From NCBI GenBank assembly GCA_038247555.1, contig JBBRUT010000001.1:21704-85703 (forward strand): a stretch of DNA of 64,000 nucleotides, given 5' to 3'. The DNA comes from Phycisphaerales bacterium. Lineage in GTDB: Bacteria; Planctomycetota; Phycisphaerae; Phycisphaerales; UBA1924. A program made the translations under genes and the position numbers. The notes under the pieces are model-generated. The model was not told the origin of the DNA, searched no databases, and saw only the letters and a list, made by a program, of their open reading frames with translations. Below are positions 32,971-40,707 of this stretch, piece after piece. Within the stretch, counting starts at the first letter, position 1. Every line of letters starts with the position of its first letter.

Positions 32971-33839
32971 CCCCCGCCCCACGCACCTCCCGCCGCACTC
33001 CTCTCCCCGATCGCGTGCTGCTCACCGCACTGCTCTGGATCACCGCCGCGGCGTACCTCACGCCGCTTCTGTTCATGCTCGCCAGTTCGTTCAAGACCGC
33101 CGACAGCGTGCTCGACCCCAGCGCGGGCGTCTTGCCGCGATTCAGCGATGCGGCGCAGGCGATCGACAACTACCGCGATGTGTGGACCGACAGCGCGACC
33201 GACTTCCCGACATACCTGCGCAACTCGCTGCTTGTGGCGATGCTGAGCACCATCGGCATGACGGTTTCGAGCGCGGCCGCGGCGTACGCGTTCGCACGCA
33301 TGCGATTCCGGGGACGCACCGCGCTCTTTGTGCTGGTGCTCGCGACGCTGATGATCCCGCCGACGGTGATCATCGCGCCGCAGTACCTGCTCTTCAAGCA
33401 GCTCGGGTGGATCGGCACGTTCCGGCCGCTTTGGGTGCCGGCGTGGTGCGGCGGAGCGTTCAGCATCTTCCTGCTGCGGCAGTTCTTTCTGACGATCCCG
33501 CGCGAGCTCGACGAGGCCGCGGCGATCGATGGGTGCTCATCCGTGGGTGTGTTCTGGCGGATCATCCTGCCGGTTGCGAGGCCGGCGCTCGTGGTGGTCG
33601 CGCTGCTGCAGTTCATCGGCTCGTGGAACGACTTCGTCGGCCCGCTGGTGTTCATCAACCAGCCGCACATGTACACCGTCTCGCTGGGCGTGTACATGTT
33701 TCAGTCGCAGCAGGGCCAGACGCCGTGGAACCTGACGATGGCGGCGAGCGTCATCGCGGTGGTGCCGGTGCTGATCGTCTTCCTGCTGGCGCAGAAGGCC
33801 ATCATCGACGGAGTGGCGACGCAGGGGTTGAAAGAGTGA
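32967..33839 (+). CDS. Sugar ABC transporter permease (MalG/UgpE-like)
   Basis: ATG at 32967 (ATGA overlap) gives 290 aa. EAA loop (LDEAAAIDGCSSVGVFWRIILPVARP). The track ORF starting at 32685 is an extension. Confidence 0.85.
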   Translation: MTPAPRTSRRTPLPDRVLLTALLWITAAAYLTPLLFMLASSFKTADSVLDPSAGVLPRFSDAAQAIDNYRDVWTDSATDFPTYLRNSLLVAMLSTIGMTVSSAAAAYAFARMRFRGRTALFVLVLATLMIPPTVIIAPQYLLFKQLGWIGTFRPLWVPAWCGGAFSIFLLRQFFLTIPRELDEAAAIDGCSSVGVFWRIILPVARPALVVVALLQFIGSWNDFVGPLVFINQPHMYTVSLGVYMFQSQQGQTPWNLTMAASVIAVVPVLIVFLLAQKAIIDGVATQGLKE

Positions 33840-33869
33840 TGAAGGGGCCGTCGCACTCACCCACGCGAG

Positions 33870-34883
33870 CTACTTCGTCTGGGGTGAAGCCGCGGGTGCC
33901 GCGGACGGCTCGTCGATCAACTCGACTGTTTGAACGCTCTCGGTACGCTGGGTGATCTTCTCGTCCTTGCCCCAAGTGATCTTCATCGACATCGCGCTTC
34001 GGTTGACCTGCTTGAGCAACTGGCCGCGTTCGGAATCAAACCAGATCTCACCACTTCCGGAGCCATCTAGAAGTGAAACATTGGCATCGTCCGGCAATAC
34101 ACCGGACTGGTCCTTCGCGGCGGATTCGTGAGATATCGTCTCGCCGAAATCAACCTTCGCGACTCTCACCCCTGCCCTTTCGACCAAGCCCTTGAACGTC
34201 ATGGTCTTGTCTTTCGAGATCGTACCAACCGTTGGCAGAAGCATCCTTGAAAGTTGCGTCCAGCTCTCACCAAACTTCACTTCCTGGCTTGGGAAGGTGA
34301 TGGTGTACGTCCCCATCCACTCCTTGAGTGCATCCTCGCTCAACATCTCTTCAAACGTGCTCCTCATCTCCAACGGCGGTTCGGATATGGTGCGCCGCAT
34401 CACGTCCTTGATATGCTCAAGGCCCTTGAGCTGCTTGATCGATCCGTCCGAGCGGACAATCAGGATGACCTGTTCGTTGAGCATCGCCTCGCGGACGGCA
34501 GTCATCGATTCTTGAGACTTGCTGGCAGCGGGATCCGCCGACCCGCGGTGGTCGTTGCCGGAAGCTGCTCCGGCCTCAGATTTGTTCGACTCAAGCACGC
34601 CCGCGATTGTCGCGGTTCCATCGGCAGCCACGGACTGGACGGTCATCCGGGTGACCGTAACGTCCGTGCGGCTGAACTTCGAAGGGGCCTGCGGACCGGA
34701 GCTCTCGCTCTCGGACACCGTTTCGTTTGTGATGCGATAGCGGAGAACCTGCCCCTCCTTCCATTTGTAGCGGAGAGGGACCGTTGACTGCGCGAGCGAT
34801 ACGGGCGCGAGCACCACTACGGCAATCAACGCAGAAACCGCAAACGAGCCGCGATTCAGCAGCGATCTGAGCAAGTGTCGCAT
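33870..34883 (-). CDS. Secreted hypothetical protein
   Basis: 337 aa with ATG at 34883 and a signal peptide (FAVSALIAVVVLAPVSLAQS). Lys/Glu/Ser-rich beta-type sequence with no recognised motif. Visibly lower G+C than its flanks. Confidence 0.6.
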   Translation of the reverse strand: MRHLLRSLLNRGSFAVSALIAVVVLAPVSLAQSTVPLRYKWKEGQVLRYRITNETVSESESSGPQAPSKFSRTDVTVTRMTVQSVAADGTATIAGVLESNKSEAGAASGNDHRGSADPAASKSQESMTAVREAMLNEQVILIVRSDGSIKQLKGLEHIKDVMRRTISEPPLEMRSTFEEMLSEDALKEWMGTYTITFPSQEVKFGESWTQLSRMLLPTVGTISKDKTMTFKGLVERAGVRVAKVDFGETISHESAAKDQSGVLPDDANVSLLDGSGSGEIWFDSERGQLLKQVNRSAMSMKITWGKDEKITQRTESVQTVELIDEPSAAPAASPQTK

Positions 34884-35189
34884 TGGAGCTCCTCGGCCAT
34901 TCTCCCCCGGATCCCTCCACTATCAGCCCGATTGTACCATTTTCCCAAGCAACTGCCCCTGAATTCTCAGCAGGCCGGGCCGTTCGCGACATCAACTATT
35001 GGTCACAACGGGCCCAGACGGCCGAACCGGGACTTTCGATCGGTCGCATGCCCTTTCTATCCATCCGGCAGCCGAAGCTGCCCATCGCCACGGCCACGCA
35101 ATCACGTCGGAGTCCTTGCCGTGCAAATGAGTCGCTGCCTCTCCCCCGCGGATGTCGGGCTTGATCTTCTCTGCGAGTACCCCACAGGC

Positions 35190-37736
35190 TCAAGGCGTCG
35201 AGATGCCACTGGTCGCGAGTCCCGGATGTTCACGCGCGGCGATGCTGCGCCGGAACTCCACCGCGCTGAATCTCGCGTGGTCATCAGCGGCGATTGCCTC
35301 GGCGGTCAGCAACTCGACTCTCTCTCGACCCTCACCACCCCACCCCAGATCACCCGCCTCCACCACCGCGCCGGGCGCGCCGAGCTTCGCGTCGAGGTTG
35401 ACGATCGCGCCCGCCACGCGCGCACCAATCCGCACATGCGAGCGCCACTCGCCGAGCACCGCGGCAACCGGATTCGGGGCCTCGATACGGATTCGCGTCG
35501 CGACAATCTCGCCCTCCCACGCCGCATCGGTGTCGTTCACCATGAAGAGCATTGCCGCGGCATCGACGATGTGGATCGAGAGCAACCGGGGCAGCATCGC
35601 GCGTCTGACCATCTCCCACACAGGCTTGCGCCGCCCCGCGGCATCAATCGCCGACCATGAGTGCCCCGCCCAGCAGTCGTTGAGCTGCCAGAACAGCACG
35701 CCCCCGCACCGCGGCCGGTTCACACGGTGCCACACAACGCCGCGGGCCACCAGCCGGCACTGAACCGCCTGCGCACCCGCGATCCGGCGCTGCATGCCCA
35801 CCTCGCTCGATTGCTCTGCGATGATCTGCGCTGCGCGATCCGGGCCGAACATCATCAAGATCGGTTCGTCATACCACCGCGCATCGCCGCCGTGCCCGCG
35901 TTGACGGCGCGAAAGCTCGGTGCAACTGCTCATCAGATCATCTGTCAGCACGCCCTGCTCGCGCAGCGTGTCGATGCTCGATGGGCTCTGCTGCCCGAAC
36001 TCCGAGCAGAATCGCGGAACACCACCCCCCCCACTTGCATTCGGTGTGCGGAAGCTGTTCTTCCACGCATCCACTTCCCACGTGTGCCGGTCGCCGTGAT
36101 CGGCATCCAGCACATCACGCTGCGCGCCACCCGCATCCGCACCCGACCACGGGCTGTTCGGCCAATATGGCCGCGACGGATCCACCTCCGCGCACAGCCG
36201 CGGCAGCAGATCCACCCAGAACCCGCTGCCCCACGACTGGCCGGGCTTGAGGCGCTGGCGCCAGCCCCACTTGTCGTGCCCCCAGATGTTCTCGTTCCCG
36301 CCGCACCACAGCACGACGCTCGCGTGCGTGCTGAGCCGCGCGAGCTGGTGCCGCGCCTCGAGTTCGACAAGCTTCGTGAACGGCGCTTCCTCGGGATACA
36401 TCCCGCAACTGAACATGAAGTCCTGCCACACCATCACGCCGCGCTTGTCGCACTCGTCGTACAAGCACGCCGGCTCATAGAGCCCGCCACCCCACACACG
36501 CAGCATGTTGGCGTTCATCTCCGCGGCATCGCCGATGCGCTCGCGGATCAGTTCATCGCCCGCATACCCGGCAAACAGGCCTTCGGGGATCCAGTTCGCG
36601 CCCATGCAGAACACCGGCTGACCATTGACGCGCAGCGTGAACGCCGAGCCCCACCGATCCGGCGAGGTATCGAGCTCGACCGTGCGCAGTCCAACCCGCG
36701 TCGTTTGCGCATCCAGCAGCGATGAGCCGTTCCACAGCTCAACCCGAAGCTCATACAGCGGCCGTTCATCATCGGCAGGCTGCGGGCCATAGCCCCGCGG
36801 CCACCACAGCTCGGGGTTGGTGATCCCCAGCAGCACCGATGTGCGTGAGCGATCATCCGGCACGAACACGCCACGGCCCTGCGCCACGACTGTGCCGCCG
36901 CCGGGCGCTCGAAGCGTCGCGACGATGTGCGGTTCCTCGCCCCCGGGCACCTGCGCCCGCATCACGGCATCGACATGCACGCGCACCTCGGCGACCTCGG
37001 CATCGGCGCGTGTCACCAGCGGTCGGACATGCTCGATGCGCATGCCCGATGCACTTGCTTCGATGCGCACACCGCCCGCAACACCCACCGTGGCGACCTT
37101 CGGGCCCCAATCCCACCCGAGGTTGCACGCGGGCTTGCGGATGAACACGAACGGCTCCCACTTCGCATCAGCCGTCTGGTCGCCATTGAACGGCCGCGAA
37201 CCCAGGCGGGCCTCTTCCGCGTGGATGTGCACCAGCGGCGGCGCGAAGCGGATGACCAGTTCGTTCTGTCCTGGGCGGAGCGCATCGCCGATCTCAAACC
37301 GGTGCGGGAAGAAGAAGCTCGCGGCGTTGCCGACCACCTGTCCGTTCAGCGATACCACTGCGACGGTGTCGAGGCCATCGATCACCAGCTCGATGTGCTG
37401 CTCACCGTTCTGATCGCCTACACCCGCCGACGCTACCGCTTCCGCCCAGTCAAACTCGCAGCGATACTCCCACTCCGCGCTGCCCACCCATTGCAGCCGC
37501 GTTTCGGCATCGCCAACGTCTGGCGACTCGATGAGCTTCGCATCGATCAGCGCGTGATGCACGCACCCCGGGACCCGCGCACCAACGCCCTGCCGCAGCC
37601 TGGCGCGGAATGCCGGAGTATCCAGCGTGCCCGCCTTCGACAGGTCGATGTCGTCGGCATGCACCGCACGCACCGTCCACGGGCAGACCGCCAGCGATGC
37701 CACACTTGTTGCCGCCATGCCGGGAGCGTAGGACAT
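35190..37736 (-). CDS. Glycoside hydrolase family 2, beta-mannosidase-like
   Basis: 848 aa. NGQPVFCMGANWIPEG, MLRVWGGGLYEPACLYDECDKRGVMVWQDFMFSCGMYPEE, WCGGNENIWG (acid/base region) and FCSEFGQQS (nucleophile region). Confidence 0.85.
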   Translation of the reverse strand: MSYAPGMAATSVASLAVCPWTVRAVHADDIDLSKAGTLDTPAFRARLRQGVGARVPGCVHHALIDAKLIESPDVGDAETRLQWVGSAEWEYRCEFDWAEAVASAGVGDQNGEQHIELVIDGLDTVAVVSLNGQVVGNAASFFFPHRFEIGDALRPGQNELVIRFAPPLVHIHAEEARLGSRPFNGDQTADAKWEPFVFIRKPACNLGWDWGPKVATVGVAGGVRIEASASGMRIEHVRPLVTRADAEVAEVRVHVDAVMRAQVPGGEEPHIVATLRAPGGGTVVAQGRGVFVPDDRSRTSVLLGITNPELWWPRGYGPQPADDERPLYELRVELWNGSSLLDAQTTRVGLRTVELDTSPDRWGSAFTLRVNGQPVFCMGANWIPEGLFAGYAGDELIRERIGDAAEMNANMLRVWGGGLYEPACLYDECDKRGVMVWQDFMFSCGMYPEEAPFTKLVELEARHQLARLSTHASVVLWCGGNENIWGHDKWGWRQRLKPGQSWGSGFWVDLLPRLCAEVDPSRPYWPNSPWSGADAGGAQRDVLDADHGDRHTWEVDAWKNSFRTPNASGGGGVPRFCSEFGQQSPSSIDTLREQGVLTDDLMSSCTELSRRQRGHGGDARWYDEPILMMFGPDRAAQIIAEQSSEVGMQRRIAGAQAVQCRLVARGVVWHRVNRPRCGGVLFWQLNDCWAGHSWSAIDAAGRRKPVWEMVRRAMLPRLLSIHIVDAAAMLFMVNDTDAAWEGEIVATRIRIEAPNPVAAVLGEWRSHVRIGARVAGAIVNLDAKLGAPGAVVEAGDLGWGGEGRERVELLTAEAIAADDHARFSAVEFRRSIAAREHPGLATSGISTP
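35191..35207 (-). repeat. Palindromic repeat family, right-half-only copy
   Basis: The minus strand reads GGCATCTCGACGCCTTG, 16 of 17 identical to copy 1. It overlaps the last codons and stop of the GH2 gene. Confidence 0.4.
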
Positions 37737-37760
37737 CGCGGCGCCATCTCCGGGCTTGGC

Positions 37761-39176
37761 TTACTGCACAGTCCCGCACTCCGGACACTTGCGCAGCCCC
37801 TCGGGCTCGCGCTGCGGCAGTCCTGTGATGAGATACCCGCACGCTTGGCATGTGACCGGCGGTGTGGCGGTCCTCTCCCGCGACCACAACCACCCCAGCA
37901 GCGCGGCGACGCCCAGCCACAGCACCGACAACCCGACCGCGACCGGCGCGACGATCGTTGCCGCGGCACCCAGCGACTTGAGCGCCAGCGGCGACCACCC
38001 GCCCACCATGTCCCCCGCGCGATACACGAAGGTATCGATAAACGTCTTGGCCTTGTACCGCGCATCGGCGCTCAGCCCGGCGAACAGCAGTTCCCGCACC
38101 GGGCGATCGATCGCGTAGTGCAGGCCCCGCCGCGCCACCTGGAACGCCGCCATCGCCCCGTACGTCGGCGAGAAGATCATCGCCGTGAAACCCGCGATGT
38201 AGACAGTTGGCAGAATCAACAGCGCGCCCCGCGGCCCGATCAACCGCATGATCCGGCCCGCGAGGAAGAGCTGCGTGCTCAGCGTCACGATGTTCGACCA
38301 CAGGTCGATCGTCGCGAACGCGGCGCGGCGATCCTTCTCATCAGGGAACGCGGCCTCGATGATCCGCCCCTGCTCCATGTACAGCAGTGTGCCGACGGTC
38401 GTGAAGAGCAGCATGAAAACGCCGATCGTCGCCAGGAACGGCGAGCCGGCGATGAGCTTCAGCCCCGCGAGCGGGTCGCGCGTCGGCTCCTGCGTCTCTG
38501 TCAGCCTCGCGCCTGCCCCCCCACCTCGCTTCTCTTCAAACCACGGCCGGAGCATCCGCACGAACTGCGAGGCGAACTCCAGCGGGATGATCGCCAGCAG
38601 CAGCAGGTACGCCGCATCGAGCCGGACCGTGCCGCTGAGGTATCGCGACAGGTACGACCCCGCGATCGCGCCGAGCGTCCCGCCGACCGCCGCGATGGCA
38701 AACGCCCGCTTGCCGCGATCCGGGCCAAAGACATCCGCGACGACCGCCCAGAAGATCGATACGACGAACAGGTTGAAGACGCTCAGCCAGATGTAGAACG
38801 CGTATCCGACATTCGTGCGCGTCGATTCGGGCAGCCAGTGCAGCAGGCCGCAGAAGACCAGGATGTTCATCACAAAGAAGCGGTACGTCCACGGAATAAA
38901 CACCCGCCGCGGCACGCGCGAGGCGAACGTCGCGAACACCGGGCTCACCAGCGCCATCGCAACCAGCGTGCCGGTCATCAGCCAGGGGAGGTTGTCGTAG
39001 CCGCCACGGATCCCGAACGCCTCGCGTACCGGACGCAGCAGGTAATAGCACAGCAGCAGGCAAAAGAAGTACATCGCGCTGAGCAGCGCGGGGACGAGTT
39101 CCTCCCGTTTCAGGGCAAAGAGATGCGCAAGCCGCGCGATTCCGTCAGGATTGTTGCCGGATTCTTGCTGGCTCAT
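37761..39176 (-). CDS. MFS-type transporter, Npt1/Npt2 (TLC ATP/ADP-translocase)-like, with C-terminal zinc ribbon
   Basis: 471 aa polytopic protein. N-terminal ALLSAMYFFCLLLCYYLLRPVREAFG resembles the TLC-family signature. The last 30 aa carry CQACGYLITGLPQREPEGLRKCPECG (CxxC-N17-CxxC). Confidence 0.6.
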   Translation of the reverse strand: MSQQESGNNPDGIARLAHLFALKREELVPALLSAMYFFCLLLCYYLLRPVREAFGIRGGYDNLPWLMTGTLVAMALVSPVFATFASRVPRRVFIPWTYRFFVMNILVFCGLLHWLPESTRTNVGYAFYIWLSVFNLFVVSIFWAVVADVFGPDRGKRAFAIAAVGGTLGAIAGSYLSRYLSGTVRLDAAYLLLLAIIPLEFASQFVRMLRPWFEEKRGGGAGARLTETQEPTRDPLAGLKLIAGSPFLATIGVFMLLFTTVGTLLYMEQGRIIEAAFPDEKDRRAAFATIDLWSNIVTLSTQLFLAGRIMRLIGPRGALLILPTVYIAGFTAMIFSPTYGAMAAFQVARRGLHYAIDRPVRELLFAGLSADARYKAKTFIDTFVYRAGDMVGGWSPLALKSLGAAATIVAPVAVGLSVLWLGVAALLGWLWSRERTATPPVTCQACGYLITGLPQREPEGLRKCPECGTVQ

Positions 39177-39302
39177 GCGTCACCGAAAGTCCGAGGTTCT
39201 GATGCAACGCTGCTCGCGGCGGAGCATACACCGAGCGATAATCGGTCGGTTGCAATCCCCTTCCCCATCATCGCCGCAGATCCGCAGATCCGCATCAGAC
39301 AC

Positions 39303-39347
39303 GCAACACGTCGCATGCCCACACCCGTGACGCCTTGACGCCTTGCC
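39303..39347 (+). repeat. Palindromic repeat family, copy 4 (degenerate left arm)
   Basis: GCAACACGTCGCATGCCCACACCCGTGACGCCTTGACGCCTTGCC, ending 43 nt upstream of ATG 39391. Preceded by the tandem CCGCAGAT-CCGCAGAT. Confidence 0.5.
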
Positions 39348-39390
39348 AAACTCTCCGCCAGCACAACTCCCACCATACTCGGAGCCTTCC

Positions 39391-40707
39391 ATGATCGCCT
39401 TCTCCGACTCTTCCCGCCGCGGCTTCCTCCAGACCTCCGCCCTCGCCACCGGCGCGCTCTTTGCGGGGGGGCTCGCCGCGGGTCTGCCCATGGCCGCGGG
39501 CGCATCGCTCCGTGCCACGCAGCCCGCGCCGGGAAAGAAGCTCCGCATCCTCATCCTCGGCGGCACAGGGTTCATCGGCCCGTGGATGGCCGAGTTCGCC
39601 GTGGCCCGCGGCCATCATGTCACGCTCTTCAACCGCGGCCAGCGCGAGAAGTACCTGGGCACCACCGATGGCACCAAAACGCTCTACGGCAACCGCGACC
39701 CCAACCTCTACGCGCAGACCAAGGTCGTCGAGGGCAAGGAGGTCGATGACGACACCAGCCCCAAGGGCTTGAGCGAACTCGCAGGCAAGAAGTGGGATGC
39801 GGTGATCGACAACTCCGGCTTTGTGCCCCGCATCGTCAAGGCCTCCGCCGAGCTGCTCGCCCCGAACGTCGGCCAGTACCTGTTCATCTCGACGCTCAGC
39901 GTCTATGCCGACAACTCCAAGCCCGGGCTCGATGAGTCCGACACGCTCTCGACCATCGATGACCCGACCAACGAAGAAGTGGGCAAGAACTACGGCGCGC
40001 TCAAGGCCCTCTGCGAGCAGGCCGCGGAGACCGCCATGCCCGGCCGTGTCACCAACATCCGCCCCGGCTATATCGTCGGGCCGCGCGACGCGACCGATCG
40101 CCTCACCTACTGGCCCGTGCGCGCAAGCCGCGGCGGCGAAGTGCTCGTCCCCGGCAACCCCGCCGACGCCGTGCAGTTCATCGATGTCCGTGACCTGGCG
40201 GACTTCACCATCCGCTGTGTTGAGAACAAGATCCTGGGCACGTTCAACGCGACCGGCCCAGAGCGCAAACTCCCGGTTTCGGAGTTCCTCGCGGCGTGTC
40301 TTGCCGCTTCCAAAGCGACCGGGAACAAGGGCGATGCCACATTCACGCACATTCCCTACGACTGGCTTGCGGCCAACGACCGCCCGCCGGGTGCGCTGCC
40401 GATCCTGCTGCCGGGCGAGGGCGATTACGCGGGCTTCCATGGTCGCAGTGTCGCCAAAGCGGTCGCCGCGGGGATGAAGTATCGCAGCGCGGAGGAGACG
40501 TGCAAGGCGATCCTGACGTGGTGGCCCGAGGCGATGAAGCTCCGCGAGAAGGTGGCGAAGGAAGTCGAAGCCGACCGCAAGGCCAAGGGCCTGCCGACGC
40601 CGCCCCAGCCACCGGCCGATCGCCTGCGCGCGGGCATTCCAGCGGAGAAGGAAGCGGAACTGCTGGCGAAGTGGAATGCGGAGCAGACCCAGAAGAAGGC
40701 GGGCTAA
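39391..40707 (+). CDS. NAD(P)-dependent epimerase/dehydratase-family (SDR) protein with twin-arginine signal
   Basis: ATG at 39391 with GGAG 7 nt upstream. Tat motif SRRGFLQTSALA, Rossmann motif ILILGGTGFIGPWM, and a Lys/Glu-rich C-terminal tail. Confidence 0.7.
   Translation: MIAFSDSSRRGFLQTSALATGALFAGGLAAGLPMAAGASLRATQPAPGKKLRILILGGTGFIGPWMAEFAVARGHHVTLFNRGQREKYLGTTDGTKTLYGNRDPNLYAQTKVVEGKEVDDDTSPKGLSELAGKKWDAVIDNSGFVPRIVKASAELLAPNVGQYLFISTLSVYADNSKPGLDESDTLSTIDDPTNEEVGKNYGALKALCEQAAETAMPGRVTNIRPGYIVGPRDATDRLTYWPVRASRGGEVLVPGNPADAVQFIDVRDLADFTIRCVENKILGTFNATGPERKLPVSEFLAACLAASKATGNKGDATFTHIPYDWLAANDRPPGALPILLPGEGDYAGFHGRSVAKAVAAGMKYRSAEETCKAILTWWPEAMKLREKVAKEVEADRKAKGLPTPPQPPADRLRAGIPAEKEAELLAKWNAEQTQKKAG

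Noticed and set aside
34884-35189. 306-nt intergenic region checked for a tRNA, small RNA or small ORF (track ORF 34883-35164, 93 aa)
   Set aside because: There is no T-loop (GTTCGAATC-like) or cloverleaf arms. The 93-aa ORF is Pro/Ser/Arg-rich with no start context. Only the half repeat-family copy at its right edge is notable.
36927-39338. 803-aa plus-strand ORF spanning two genes (also 35661-36725)
   Set aside because: It is antisense to the GH2 and transporter genes and crosses their intergenic gap. It is Arg/Pro/His/Gln-rich nonsense. The minus-strand products have catalytic GH2 motifs and 12-TM-like hydrophobicity.
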